From Mycobacteriales bacterium (GTDB taxonomy: Bacteria; Actinomycetota; Actinomycetes; JAFAQI01), in NCBI GenBank assembly GCA_035547035.1, contig DASZVL010000039.1, forward strand, positions 32,808 through 96,807: a stretch of 64,000 nt of DNA, given 5' to 3'. Position numbers and translations under genes: made by a program. Each line of letters starts with the position of its first letter. The stretch's first letter is position 1. A model generated the notes under the pieces. The model was not told where the DNA came from. It did no database searches and saw only the letters and a program-made list of their open reading frames with translations. Positions 7,301 through 16,616 of the stretch are shown here, piece after piece.

Positions 7301-8707
7301 CGCTTCGGCCTCGGCGCCGCCGTCGTCGATGCCGAGCTGTCCCGAGTGCTCGGCGCAGGGCGGCTCGTGCGAGGCGAGTTCCGGCCGGCTGGCTCCGGCA
7401 CCGAGTGGTGCGACCCCGACGTGCTGCGCTCGCTTCGCCGGCGTTCGATGGCGAGGCTGCGGGGCGAGATCGAGCCGGTCTCGCCGAACACCCTCGCGCG
7501 GTTCCTGCCCGCGTGGCAGGGCGTCGGCACCCACTCCTCACGGGGCAGCGACGCGCTCCTACGAGCGATTGAGCAGCTCGGCGGCGTCGCCGTCCCGGCC
7601 TCGGCGCTGGAGTCGATCGTGCTGGCGAGCCGGGTCACCGACTACCGTCCCGAGCTGCTCGACGAGCTCACCGCCGGCGGTGACGTGGTGTGGGCCGGAC
7701 AGGGCTCACTGCCCGGCGGGGACGGGTGGGTCTCGTTGGCGCTGGCCGACGCCGCGCCCGCCCTGCTTGCACCGCCCGACCTCGACGCGCAGTCCGCGGA
7801 GGCGGCGCACGTCCTCGAGGTGATGCGCTCCGGCGGCGCCCTGTTCTTCCGCGACATCGCCGCGCGCCTGCCCGACCTCGACGACCGCGCGTTGACCACG
7901 GCGCTGTGGGATCTGGTCTGGGCGGGCCACGTCACGAACGACACCCTCGCCCCGTTGCGCAGCCGGCTTTCCGGCCCGGTCCGTGCCAGGCCGGTCACGC
8001 GCCGAGGCACAACCTCATTCGCGCGCGGCAGCGCGACGCGCCGGACGACGGCGCGCGTCAGCCCCCGGTCGACCGGTGGCCGCTGGTCGACGACCGTGGC
8101 GCGCGACGAGGACCCGACGAGGCGCGCGCACGCACTGGTCGAGGCGCTGCTCGACCGGCACGGGATCGTCACCCGAGGTGCGGTAGTCGCCGAACGATCC
8201 GCGGGCGGCTTCGCTGCGGCGTACCCGGTTCTCAAGGCGTTCGAGGAGACCGGCCGGTGCCGGCGCGGCTACTTCGTCGAAGGACTCGGCGGCGCCCAGT
8301 TCGCCTTCCCGTCGGCGGTGGACCGGATGCGCGGACTCGCCCCCCAAGGCGCGCTCGTCCTCGCCGCGACAGATCCGGCCAACGCCTACGGAGCGGCCCT
8401 GCGCTGGCCGGAGCACGACGCAACCCACCGGCCGGGGCGCAAGGCCGGGGCAGTCGTCGTGCTCGTCGACGGCGAGCTGTGTTTGTACGTCGAGCGCGGC
8501 GGCAAGTCGCTGCTGTCATGGTCCGAGGAACCCGACAAGATCCAGCCGGCGGCCGATGCCCTCGCACTCGCGGTCCGAGACGGCGTGCTGGGCAGGCTCG
8601 CGGTCGAGCGAGCGGACGGCGGCGCGGTGCTCGACTCGCCGCTCGCAGAGGCGCTGAAAGCCGCGGGCTTCCGGCCAACCCCGCGAGGGCTCAGACTGCG
8701 TGCCTGA
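4319..8707 (+). CDS. lhr: ATP-dependent DNA helicase Lhr (large helicase-related, SF2)
   Basis: 1462 aa. Walker A APTGSGKT, DEIH box, SAT (LSAT), QRIGRAGH motif VI, then the long Lhr-specific C-terminal domain. Confidence 0.95.
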   Translation: MSPTTSPLNRFGPATREWFTSSFEAATPAQAGAWDAIASGAHSLVIAPTGSGKTLAAFLSALDRLTTSARVTDPGQRCRVVYVSPLKALAVDVERNLRAPLAGIRHAAKRIGTTLPADGDLTIAMRTGDTTPDARRAFQKSSADILITTPESLYLLLTSKARESLGGVDTVIVDEIHAIAGTKRGAHLALTLERLDERLDKPAQRIGLSATVRPVEEIAMFLAGGRPVTVVQPPADKTVGVEVVVPVEDMTEPGTDTASIWPLLDDRIASLIDAHRSTIVFANSRRLAERLTTRLNELASDRAGEPTVVARAHHGSVSHEQRAITEEALKRGELPCVVATSSLELGIDMGAVDLVVQVESPPSVASGLQRIGRAGHQVGARSDGVMFPKHRGDLVASAVTAERIQSGQIEAIAMPRNPLDVLAQQIVAMLAMDDFTVEEIASLVRRAAPYASLPDSALHATLDMLAGRYPSDEFAELRPRVVWDRVTDVVTGRPGTQRLAVTSGGTIPDRGLFGVYLAGSTSRVGELDEEMVYESRVGEVFTLGSSTWRIDDITHDRVIVSPAPGQPGKMPFWHGDTIGRPIELGRAMGEFVRELGRIGAPAARERLTGIGFDEWAADNTMRYLDEQRASTGHLPDDRTIVVERFRDELGDWRVVVHSPFGARVHAPWGLALGSVLRERTGLDVQVMHSDDGIVIRLPDTDDTPPADVAVLDPDEIEAIVTRELGGSALFASRFRECAARALLLPTRSPGKRTPLWQQRQRSAQLLSVASRYGEFPVVLETVRECLQDVFDLPGLVSLMRAIAGRAVRVVDVETQVPSPYARSLLFDYVGAFMYEGDQPLAERKAAALALDSTLLAELLGTAELRELLDPEAVAEVEAELAWLTPERRLGTVEAVADALRVLGDLTTDELLARGATPSFLADLEEQRRAIRVRIAGEERWLAVEDSARVRDALGVPLPVGVPQAFLDPVAEPLTDLLSRYARRRGPFVTADAAARFGLGAAVVDAELSRVLGAGRLVRGEFRPAGSGTEWCDPDVLRSLRRRSMARLRGEIEPVSPNTLARFLPAWQGVGTHSSRGSDALLRAIEQLGGVAVPASALESIVLASRVTDYRPELLDELTAGGDVVWAGQGSLPGGDGWVSLALADAAPALLAPPDLDAQSAEAAHVLEVMRSGGALFFRDIAARLPDLDDRALTTALWDLVWAGHVTNDTLAPLRSRLSGPVRARPVTRRGTTSFARGSATRRTTARVSPRSTGGRWSTTVARDEDPTRRAHALVEALLDRHGIVTRGAVVAERSAGGFAAAYPVLKAFEETGRCRRGYFVEGLGGAQFAFPSAVDRMRGLAPQGALVLAATDPANAYGAALRWPEHDATHRPGRKAGAVVVLVDGELCLYVERGGKSLLSWSEEPDKIQPAADALALAVRDGVLGRLAVERADGGAVLDSPLAEALKAAGFRPTPRGLRLRA

Positions 8708-8715
8708 AAGAGACC

Positions 8716-9498
8716 ATGCCTGAGGGAGACACCGTCTGGCTCGCGGCGAAGCGGATGCGCGATGCCCTCGCTGGGCAGCGACTGACCGGCAGCGACTTCC
8801 GGGTTCCGCGTTACGCAACGAGTGACCTTGCGGGTCAGACCGTTCTCGACGTCGTCGCACGCGGGAAGCACATGCTCACGCGCCTCGACAGCGGGTTGAC
8901 GCTGCACACCCATTTCGAGATGGACGGCGTCTGGCGGATCTTCGCGGCGGGTGCGAAGTGGACCGGTGGCCCGGGTCACGAGATCCGCGTTGTCCTCACC
9001 ACCGACTCGCGAAGCGCGGTGGGCTACCGCATTCCGGTCATCGACCTGATCGAGACGCGGGACGAGCTCGAGCTGGTGGGCCACCTGGGACCCGACCTTC
9101 TCGAGCCGAGCTTCGACGCAGCAGACGCGAGACAACGCATCGAGGCCCGCCCGCAGGTTGCGGTCGGCGAGGCGATCATCGATCAACGAAACCTGGCCGG
9201 GATCGGCAACCTCTACAAAGCCGAGGTGCTGTTCCTCACCGGCACCAACCCGTGGACGACGGTCGCCGACGTACCGGACCTCGACCGGATCGTCGCGCTG
9301 TCACGACGCCTGCTGGTCGCCAACCGGGACCGCGACGAGCAGGTCACCACCGGCAACCGCAGGCATGGCGAGCAGACGTGGGTCTACGGCCGGGCCGGCA
9401 AGCCCTGCCGAAGGTGCGGGACGACGATTCGCCGCGCCGACCAAGGACCGCCCGGCCGGCAGCGCGTGACGTTCTGGTGTGAGGCCTGTCAGAAGTAA
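8716..9498 (+). CDS. nei: Fpg/Nei family DNA glycosylase (endonuclease VIII, Nei2-type)
   Basis: Trimmed from track ORF 7690..9498 to MPEGDTV... (catalytic N-terminal P2/E3). H2TH region (NLAGIGNLYKAEVLF) and C-terminal zinc finger CRRCG...FWCEACQ. 8 nt downstream of lhr, as in mycobacteria. Confidence 0.9.
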   Translation: MPEGDTVWLAAKRMRDALAGQRLTGSDFRVPRYATSDLAGQTVLDVVARGKHMLTRLDSGLTLHTHFEMDGVWRIFAAGAKWTGGPGHEIRVVLTTDSRSAVGYRIPVIDLIETRDELELVGHLGPDLLEPSFDAADARQRIEARPQVAVGEAIIDQRNLAGIGNLYKAEVLFLTGTNPWTTVADVPDLDRIVALSRRLLVANRDRDEQVTTGNRRHGEQTWVYGRAGKPCRRCGTTIRRADQGPPGRQRVTFWCEACQK

Positions 9499-9502
9499 GC
9501 GG

Positions 9503-10096
9503 TCAGACCGGTCCGGCGGCGATGCCCGCCGCGACCAACCCGGCCTGAGCGGTTGCGTCGGCCGACGGTGCGGCGATGAAGCTGACCAGCCAGCGCAAGA
9601 CGGTATCGATGCCGGCGGAGCTGGTGGCGGCCCCGGACGCGATCAAGACATCGCGCACCGCGGATCGGGCCAGTCCCCACACCGGGGCATCCGTGGGCGT
9701 CATCAGCGCGGCGAGTGTCGCAGGCTCGTCGGCTGCCACGCGGCGTAGCGCGGGATGGCCGCTGATCCGCTCGGCCGCAAGCCCGAGCGCTTCGGCGAGG
9801 TTGTCCCGCGCCGCGACACAGCACTCAGCGGACAAGCCACGGATGCCGGCGTCGAGCGCCGCGGCGTACACCGCTTCCTTCGCCCGGAAGTGGTTGTAGA
9901 GCGTGCCCTTCGCGATGCCCGCAAGGGACGCGATGTCAGCCATCGTGGCCTTGCGAGCACCGTGCTTCTCGACCGCACGCGACGCGCCGTCGAGCACTGC
10001 CGCGCGGGTGCGCGCCATCGCGTTTCCGGCGCGGCTGTGCACGCCGTGCTCGCGGACGGGCGCGGCCGAGGCGTAGTAGGGAGAGGGTCCTGTCAT
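9503..10096 (-). CDS. TetR/AcrR family transcriptional regulator
   Basis: N-terminal HTH ...KATMADIASLAGIAKGTLYNHFRAKEAVY... The start may instead be the internal ATG at 10018. Confidence 0.85.
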   Translation of the reverse strand: MTGPSPYYASAAPVREHGVHSRAGNAMARTRAAVLDGASRAVEKHGARKATMADIASLAGIAKGTLYNHFRAKEAVYAAALDAGIRGLSAECCVAARDNLAEALGLAAERISGHPALRRVAADEPATLAALMTPTDAPVWGLARSAVRDVLIASGAATSSAGIDTVLRWLVSFIAAPSADATAQAGLVAAGIAAGPV

Positions 10097-10111
10097 CGGC
10101 AGTCGTCCGGG

Positions 10112-10540
10112 CTACGCCGCGACGATCGCGCCAAACGGCGCGGAGGTCGAGAGCGTTGCCAGCGGCGCGACTGGGCTCGCAGGCTCGGGGATCGGTCGCG
10201 CCGGGTGGTGCGCCGGAATGCCGGCGACCGAGCGGACCGGCACCGACATCGGGACGCGGGCCGACGGCGTTGCCGCAAAGCCGACGGGCGCGAGCCGGAC
10301 TCGACGCTCCTCGCGCGCAAGGTCGTCGCTGACCTCGCGCAGCACTTCCGACATCGACACGTCGAGGGCGCCGCAGATCGCCGCGAGCAGCTCGCTCGAT
10401 GCTTCCTTGCGACCGCGCTCCACCTCGGAGAGGTAGCCGAGCGATACCCCGGCCGCAGCGCTCACGTCCCGCAGCGTGCGGGACTGACGGGTGCGGTGGC
10501 GGCGAAGAACATCGCCGAGCAGGCGACGCAGGAGGACCAT
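10112..10540 (-). CDS. clgR: XRE-family HTH regulator, ClgR-like
   Basis: ...[41 protein letters not shown]..., in the conserved position upstream of cinA/pgsA as in Mycobacterium and Streptomyces. Confidence 0.8.
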   Translation of the reverse strand: MVLLRRLLGDVLRRHRTRQSRTLRDVSAAAGVSLGYLSEVERGRKEASSELLAAICGALDVSMSEVLREVSDDLAREERRVRLAPVGFAATPSARVPMSVPVRSVAGIPAHHPARPIPEPASPVAPLATLSTSAPFGAIVAA

Positions 10541-10549
10541 CCATCAAAG

Positions 10550-11047
10550 TTACTCGCCTGCGGCAAGCCTGTCGTAGAGGGCGTCCAACGCATCCCGACA
10601 CGCCGCCGCTCGGATCGCTGCTCGCTCGCCGGGAAGCACCCGCCCGGTCACGGATGTCGCGCGCGGACCGCTCACCGCGAAGTAGACGGTGCCGACCGCC
10701 TTGCCACCTTGCGGATCGGGTCCCGCCACGCCGGTGAGTGCCAGCCCCCAATCGGCACCGAGCCGGTCCCGCACGCCGGCCGCCATCGCCGACGCGACGT
10801 CCGGATCGACCGGCCCGCGTTCGCCGAGCAGCGCCTCCGGCACACCGACGAGAGAGGACTTCAGGTCCGTCGCGTAGACGACGACGCCGCCGCGGTAGGT
10901 GACAGAGGCGCCGGCGACACCGGTGAGGACCGCGCCGACCATGCCGCCGGTGAGCGACTCGGCGGTGGCCAGCGTCTCGCCGCGCTCGCGCAGCAGGTCG
11001 TGGATCCGCGCCGCCACCGGGGTCAGCTGTTCCGCAGCCGCTTCCAT
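10550..11047 (-). CDS. CinA-family nicotinamide-nucleotide amidohydrolase domain protein (PncC-like)
   Basis: Trimmed from track ORF 10550..11323 to MEAAAEQL... Contains [18 protein letters not shown] and [25 protein letters not shown], the CinA C-terminal domain signature. Confidence 0.85.
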   Translation of the reverse strand: MEAAAEQLTPVAARIHDLLRERGETLATAESLTGGMVGAVLTGVAGASVTYRGGVVVYATDLKSSLVGVPEALLGERGPVDPDVASAMAAGVRDRLGADWGLALTGVAGPDPQGGKAVGTVYFAVSGPRATSVTGRVLPGERAAIRAAACRDALDALYDRLAAGE

Positions 11048-11685
11048 GCCGCTCTCGCACTCGTCTGCCGTAGCCGGACCGCCTTCGACACGTAGTCCGC
11101 GCCGGTCGCGACGGTCAGCAGCAGCGCCACGCCCATGACCCAGAACCGCACCGACGCCCATGCGCCGGTCAACGGCAGGACGTACAGCCCGATGGCAATG
11201 TTCTGCACGAGGGTCTTCGCCTTGCCGCCGCGGCTTGCCGGGATCACACCGTGGCGGATGACGAACACTCGAAGCGCGGTGATGCCGAGCTCTCGAGCAA
11301 GTACGACGACCGCGACCCACCACGGCAGGTCGCCGAGGGCAGCGAGACCGAGCAGCGCCGCGCCGGTCAGCGCCTTGTCGGCGATCGGATCCGCGATCTT
11401 CCCGACGTCGGTGACGAGGTTGCGGCGGCGGGCGAGATCACCGTCGACGAGATCGGTGACGCACGCCGTCGCGAATGCGACGAACGCCCAGTCCCGCCAG
11501 CCCGACGAGTCACCGCCGTGAGCCACGAGGAAGACGACGAAGACCGGCACGAGCAGCAACCGGAGCAGGGTGAGCGCGTTGGCGATGTTGACAGTGGGCG
11601 CACCGCTGACCGGGTCGCCCATCTGGTCGGGCTTGGGCTGCGGTGGATGGAGCCGGGCGAGCCCCGGCGGTCCTGGGTTGGTCAC
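11023..11685 (-). CDS. pgsA: CDP-diacylglycerol--glycerol-3-phosphate 3-phosphatidyltransferase
   Basis: CDP-alcohol phosphotransferase motif D-x2-DG-x2-AR...G-x3-D-x3-D ([27 protein letters not shown]). GTG at 11685 overlaps the rimO TGA (GTGA). An internal ATG (MGDPV) is an alternative start. Confidence 0.9.
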   Translation of the reverse strand: MTNPGPPGLARLHPPQPKPDQMGDPVSGAPTVNIANALTLLRLLLVPVFVVFLVAHGGDSSGWRDWAFVAFATACVTDLVDGDLARRRNLVTDVGKIADPIADKALTGAALLGLAALGDLPWWVAVVVLARELGITALRVFVIRHGVIPASRGGKAKTLVQNIAIGLYVLPLTGAWASVRFWVMGVALLLTVATGADYVSKAVRLRQTSARAAWKRLRNS

Positions 11686-13052
11686 TCCGCGACCAGGTCC
11701 GCACCGTCGGAGCCCACGACCACGGCGGTGACGAAGTCGCCGATCGCGAGGTCGTCACGCCCGCGCACGGTCACCGAGCCGTCGACCTCGGGCGCCTGGT
11801 GGTCCGCACGACCTTCGACGCCGGACTCGTCGTTGGCTTCGACGAGGACGGCGACGGTCTCCCCGATGCGGTCCTCCGCACGCTGCACGATCAGCTCTTC
11901 GGCGAGTGAGGTGACCCGCTCGACCCGGGCGGCGACTTCGCCGTCGCGCACCTTGTCGGGCAGCACGGCCGCCTCGGTCCCCTCCTCGTCGGAGTAGCCG
12001 AAGACGCCGATCGCATCGAGCCGCGCCGCGGTGAGGAACCGCTCGAGCTCCGCGACGTCGTCCTCCGTCTCGCCGGGGAACCCGACGATGAAGTTGCTTC
12101 GGATGCCCGCCGACGGCACCAGGTCGCGGATCGATCCGATGAGATCGAGGAACCGGTCGGTGCCGCCGAAGCGGCGCATCCGCCGCAGCAGCGGTGCCGC
12201 GGCATGCTGGAACGAGACGTCGAAGTACGCCGCGACGTTGGGGGTGTTCGCGATCGCCTCGAGCAACGACGGGCGGATCTCGGCCGGCTGCAGGTAGGAG
12301 ACCCGCACCCTCGCGATTCCGGGAACCGCGGCGAGCCGCGGCAGCAGCCGCTCGAGCGCCTGCAGGTCGCCGAGGTCCTTCCCGTACGACGTTGAGTTCT
12401 CGCTGACGAGGACGAGCTCGCGCACTCCGTGGTCTGCCAGCCATCCGGCTTCGGCCACGACGTCGTCGGGCGGCCGCGAGACGAAGGCGCCTCGGAACGA
12501 GGGGATCGCGCAGAACGCACAACGCCGGTCGCAGCCTGAGGCGAGCTTGAGCGGGGCGACCGGGTCACCGGACAGCCGCCGCCGCACCACCGCGGTCGGG
12601 CCCCCGGCATGGCCCGGGATGCCGACGTCGATCGTGCTCGTCGGGCGCTCGACAGGCGTCAGCGGAAGCAGCTCGCGGCGATCGCGCGGCTGGTGCGAGA
12701 CGTGCGCGCGACCGGCGACGATGTCATCGAGCCGCCGACCGATGTCGGCGTAGTCGTCGAAGCCGAGGACCGACACCTCAGGGAGCTCCTTGGCCAGCCC
12801 CTCGCCGTACCGCTCCGCCATGCAGCCGACCGCGACGACGTGCTGCCCGCCTTCAGCGGCGTCGAGCAACGTGTCGATGCTGTCGCGCTTGGCTGCCTCG
12901 ATGAAGCCGCAGGTGTTGACCAGGACGGCGTCGGCGGAGTCGGCGTCGTCGGTGAGCTGCCAGCCGCTTGCTTCGAGCCGAGCAGCGAGCTCTTCGGAGT
13001 CGACCTCGTTGCGACCGCACCCGAGAGTGACGAGCGCAACCGACCTGGACAC
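11682..13052 (-). CDS. rimO: Ribosomal protein S12 methylthiotransferase RimO (radical SAM, MiaB family)
   Basis: 456 aa. N-terminal UPF0004 domain ([12 protein letters not shown]), radical-SAM cysteine cluster [12 protein letters not shown]-terminal TRAM-like domain. Confidence 0.85.
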   Translation of the reverse strand: MSRSVALVTLGCGRNEVDSEELAARLEASGWQLTDDADSADAVLVNTCGFIEAAKRDSIDTLLDAAEGGQHVVAVGCMAERYGEGLAKELPEVSVLGFDDYADIGRRLDDIVAGRAHVSHQPRDRRELLPLTPVERPTSTIDVGIPGHAGGPTAVVRRRLSGDPVAPLKLASGCDRRCAFCAIPSFRGAFVSRPPDDVVAEAGWLADHGVRELVLVSENSTSYGKDLGDLQALERLLPRLAAVPGIARVRVSYLQPAEIRPSLLEAIANTPNVAAYFDVSFQHAAAPLLRRMRRFGGTDRFLDLIGSIRDLVPSAGIRSNFIVGFPGETEDDVAELERFLTAARLDAIGVFGYSDEEGTEAAVLPDKVRDGEVAARVERVTSLAEELIVQRAEDRIGETVAVLVEANDESGVEGRADHQAPEVDGSVTVRGRDDLAIGDFVTAVVVGSDGADLVAE

Positions 13053-13071
13053 TCGCTAAGACTAACGAGCG

Positions 13072-13833
13072 TCAGGCGGGCTCGATCGCGTCCGATCCGG
13101 GCGAGACGCTGCCGCGAGCGACATTGCCTTGCGACTGCGGGGTACCGAGGTCGTGCCCGTTGACGACGACATCGACCGCCGGGGCATTGCCGATGATGAA
13201 GCTGAGCCCGCCCTTCGAGGAGAACACCTTCGCCTGACCGGTGTAGACGAGGCTGGAGAACATCACCCGGCCGTTGTGGCGGGTGACCTGAAGCCACGTG
13301 TTTCCGCGCACTGCGCGGATCAGCATCGTGACCTTGGAGACCGGCAGCTCCGCGACGCTCGTCGGCGGCGGCGTGACCGGCGGGTGGGTCTGCTTCGGTC
13401 CGGTCACCGACTGCGCGGTCTGGTGGCCGTGGCTCTTGCCGCCCTTGTGACTGATGACCAGGCCGATCAGCGCGAAGATGCAGATCGCCGCCAGCGTCAC
13501 GGCCATGGCCGCCGTCCAGTTCGGGCGATGGTGCTCAGAGCGGGCGAGCAGGTCTGGGTCCGTTGCCTGCGGGGCTACCGCCGAGGCGACGGGTGGCAGC
13601 TCCACCTGGTGGGCAGCATCGAACTCCGCAAGCAGCGGGTCGGGATCGACCCCGACCACCCGGGAGATGCTGCGGATGTGACCGCGGGCGTAGACCGCCC
13701 CGCCGCAGGACGTGAAGTCGTCGCTCTCGATCGAGGCGATCACGGATGCACGGATTCGGGTGTCAGCGCTGACGTCGTCGAGAGACAATCCCAGGCTGCG
13801 TCGGGCGTGGGAAAGAGTTTCGCCGACGGACAC
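13072..13833 (-). CDS. HTH domain / DUF4115 membrane protein (RodZ-like)
   Basis: N-terminal HTH (GETLSHARRSLGLSLDDVSADTRIRASVIASIE), a single TM segment (WTAAMAVTLAAICIFALIGLVI), and a C-terminal beta domain typical of DUF4115. Confidence 0.75.
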   Translation of the reverse strand: MSVGETLSHARRSLGLSLDDVSADTRIRASVIASIESDDFTSCGGAVYARGHIRSISRVVGVDPDPLLAEFDAAHQVELPPVASAVAPQATDPDLLARSEHHRPNWTAAMAVTLAAICIFALIGLVISHKGGKSHGHQTAQSVTGPKQTHPPVTPPPTSVAELPVSKVTMLIRAVRGNTWLQVTRHNGRVMFSSLVYTGQAKVFSSKGGLSFIIGNAPAVDVVVNGHDLGTPQSQGNVARGSVSPGSDAIEPA

Positions 13834-13886
13834 GAATGACCGGCCTTCGTTGAATGAGACAGACGTAGTCGGAGTCTAGAACCGTT

Positions 13887-13920
13887 GCAAACACGAAGCA
13901 AAGCGCGGATTTCGCGCGCT
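13887..13920 (-). terminator. Candidate intrinsic terminator after ftsK
   Basis: Minus-strand RNA: AGCGCG-CGAAAUC-CGCGCU followed by UUGCUUCGUGUUUGC, about 20 nt after the ftsK stop. Confidence 0.5.
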
Positions 13921-13940
13921 CAGGCCATGCTTCGCGGACA

Positions 13941-16451
13941 TCAGATGCCACCCCGAAGGGTCGTGATGATGCCGTCGAGGTCCTCCGCCCGCACGAGCAC
14001 ATCGCGCGCCTTGGAGCCCTCGCTCGGGCCGACGATCCCGCGACTCTCCATCAGGTCCATGAGGCGGCCGGCCTTGGCAAACCCGACCCGCAGCTTGCGC
14101 TGCAGCATCGAGGTCGAGCCGAACTGCGTGGTCACGACCAGCTCGATCGCCTGGCACAGCAGGTCGAGGTCGTCGCCGATCTCGTCGTCGACCTCGCGCT
14201 TGGCCGCTGCGCCGGCCGTGATGTCGTCGCGGTACGTCGGCTCCATCTGCTTCTTGCAGTGGGCCACGACGCCTTCGATCTCGGCGTCGGACACGTAGGC
14301 GCCCTGCAGGCGGATCGGCTTGCTCTCGCCCATCGGCAGGAAGAGCGCATCGCCGCCGCCGACGAGCTTCTCCGCGCCCGGCTGGTCAAGGATGACCCGG
14401 GAGTCGGCCAGGCTGGCCGTGGCGAACGCCAGCCGGCTCGGAACGTTGGCCTTGATCAGTCCCGTCACGACGTCGACGCTCGGACGCTGTGTCGCGAGCA
14501 CCAGGTGGATGCCCGCCGCACGGGCCAGCTGCGTGATCCGCACGACCGCGTCCTCGACGTCTCGCGGCGCGACCATCATCAGGTCGGCCAGCTCGTCGAC
14601 GATCACCAGCAGATACGGGTACGGCGAGAAGGTGCGGTCGCTGCCTGGCGGCGGTGTGAGCTTGCCGCCGCGGATCTTCGCGTTGAAGTCGTCGATGTGC
14701 CGGACGCCTGCGGCCTCCATGTCGTCGTAGCGGAGCTCCATCTCCCGGACCACCCACGACAGCGCTTCCGCGGCCTTCTTGGGATTGGTGATGATCGGCG
14801 TGATGAGGTGCGGGATCCCCTGGTAGTGGGTGAGCTCGACCCGCTTCGGGTCGATCAGCACCAGGCGAACCTCATCCGGAGTCGAGCGGGCGAGTATCGA
14901 GGTGATCAGCGAGTTGATGCAGGTGCTCTTGCCGGCGCCGGTCGCACCGGCGATCAGCATGTGCGGCATCTTCGCGAGGTTGGCAGCGATGAAGCGGCCC
15001 TCGACATCCTTGCCGAGCGCGGCGACCAGCGGGTGGTGGTCACGGCTCACCACAGGGGCACGCAGCACGTCGCCGAGGCTGACCGTCTCGCGGTCGGTGT
15101 TCGGGATCTCGATGCCGATCGCCGACTTGCCGGGGATCACATCGATGATTCGGACATCGGGGCTCTTCACGGCGTAGGCGATGTTGCGGAGCAGCGCCTT
15201 GATCCGCTCGACCTTGACCGCCGGTCCGAGCTCGACCTCGTAGCGGGTGACCGTCGGGCCGCGAGTGAAGCCGGACACCGATGCGTCGACCGCGAACTCG
15301 GCGAACACCTGCGTGAGTGCCTCGATGACGGCGTCGTTGACCTTGCTGCGTTCCTTGGCCGGAGTGCCTTCGCGGAGCAACGCGGTGTCCGGAAGCTGGT
15401 AGCTGCCGTCCCCGAGCGTCAGCTGCGCCGGCTTCATCGGCCGTGACGGGGTGGGGATCTCCAGCGCAGTCGTGGCGATCGACGCCATGTCGGCGGCTGC
15501 GGGAGCGGGCACGGCGGCATCCGGCAGCGTGATGACGCTCTTGTCCTCGGGTTTGTCCTCGGCGAGCACCGGCGAGGCGTCGAACGGCTTGTCTTCCTCG
15601 GGGTCGGCGACCGACGCGTGCCGCTTGCGTACTCGCTTGATGGGCTCGGTGACCTGCTCGTCGTCCACGACCGGAGCGGTTTCGGGGACGTGGGCATGCC
15701 GCAGCGCCCGCAGCCGATCGGGAACGGCGTGCAGCGGAGTCCCGCTGATCACCAGCAGTCCGAAGAGACCGATCAGGACCAACACCGGAACCGCGAGGTA
15801 CGCCGTCAGCGCGGTACCGAGCGGCGAGCCGGCGAGCACTCCGATCAGCCCGCCCGCACCGCGCCGCGCCGCCGAGCGCGAGGGGTCGCCGTGTGCGAGA
15901 TCGAGGATGCCGAGCAGCCCGACCGTCACGGCGATCCAGCCGATGACGACGCGGCCGCGCGGAGTGTCCGGCGGTGCGGGACGCCGCAGCAACCGCCACG
16001 ACGCCGCGGCCAAGCCGAGTGGCAGCACCATCACGCCGGAGCCGACAAGGGTGCGCAGCGTGATCGTCAGGTCATGACCGAACGGACCGGCAGAGTCCGC
16101 CCACGCTCCGACCGCGACGATCAGCGCCGCGGCCAGCGCTGCAAGCCCGGCGCCGTCCCGCCGGTGCGCCGGGTCCATCTCGCGCGCCCCGCTGCCGACG
16201 CTTCGCGCGGTGCCCCCGACACCGCGGGCGATGAGCATCCAGATCGCCGTCAGCAGTCGTCCGAGCGCGCGGAACAACCGCACGGTGACTCCGGGACCGC
16301 GAGGGGCCGGCTTGCGAGTGGTGGCCCGATGGGAAGTCGGCCGCCGAGCGGCCGGCTTGCGAGCAGCCGAAGTCGTCCGCGAGGAGGTCGAGCGCGAAGC
16401 GCTGGACCGAGACGCGGTCGTCCGCGGGCGCGCTGGCGCCTTCGTGGCCAT
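13941..16451 (-). CDS. ftsK: DNA translocase FtsK
   Basis: 836 aa. N-terminal TM segments, linker, motor domain with Walker A GATGAGKS, C-terminal gamma (winged-helix) domain ...STSMLQRKLRVGFAKAGRLMDLME. Confidence 0.97.
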   Translation of the reverse strand: MATKAPARPRTTASRSSASRSTSSRTTSAARKPAARRPTSHRATTRKPAPRGPGVTVRLFRALGRLLTAIWMLIARGVGGTARSVGSGAREMDPAHRRDGAGLAALAAALIVAVGAWADSAGPFGHDLTITLRTLVGSGVMVLPLGLAAASWRLLRRPAPPDTPRGRVVIGWIAVTVGLLGILDLAHGDPSRSAARRGAGGLIGVLAGSPLGTALTAYLAVPVLVLIGLFGLLVISGTPLHAVPDRLRALRHAHVPETAPVVDDEQVTEPIKRVRKRHASVADPEEDKPFDASPVLAEDKPEDKSVITLPDAAVPAPAAADMASIATTALEIPTPSRPMKPAQLTLGDGSYQLPDTALLREGTPAKERSKVNDAVIEALTQVFAEFAVDASVSGFTRGPTVTRYEVELGPAVKVERIKALLRNIAYAVKSPDVRIIDVIPGKSAIGIEIPNTDRETVSLGDVLRAPVVSRDHHPLVAALGKDVEGRFIAANLAKMPHMLIAGATGAGKSTCINSLITSILARSTPDEVRLVLIDPKRVELTHYQGIPHLITPIITNPKKAAEALSWVVREMELRYDDMEAAGVRHIDDFNAKIRGGKLTPPPGSDRTFSPYPYLLVIVDELADLMMVAPRDVEDAVVRITQLARAAGIHLVLATQRPSVDVVTGLIKANVPSRLAFATASLADSRVILDQPGAEKLVGGGDALFLPMGESKPIRLQGAYVSDAEIEGVVAHCKKQMEPTYRDDITAGAAAKREVDDEIGDDLDLLCQAIELVVTTQFGSTSMLQRKLRVGFAKAGRLMDLMESRGIVGPSEGSKARDVLVRAEDLDGIITTLRGGI

Positions 16452-16543
16452 CCGCCGACCATAGCCCCTGCGTCACACGCGTCACATGAGCCACGCTGGG
16501 CAAGTTCGTCCTGTTCGGCGATCCAGGTGTGCGCTCGCAAGGC

Positions 16544-16573
16544 GGAGAAGGAAGGGCGTAGTGGGCTACGCCC
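16544..16573 (-). terminator. Candidate intrinsic terminator after rnj
   Basis: Minus-strand RNA: GGGCGUAG-CCCA-CUACGCCC (perfect 8-bp stem, 4-nt loop) followed by UUCCUUCUCC. Confidence 0.5.
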
Positions 16574-16616
16574 AACGACGGCAACGCCGCGAGTGTGCAG
16601 CTGGGCGCCGAAGCGG

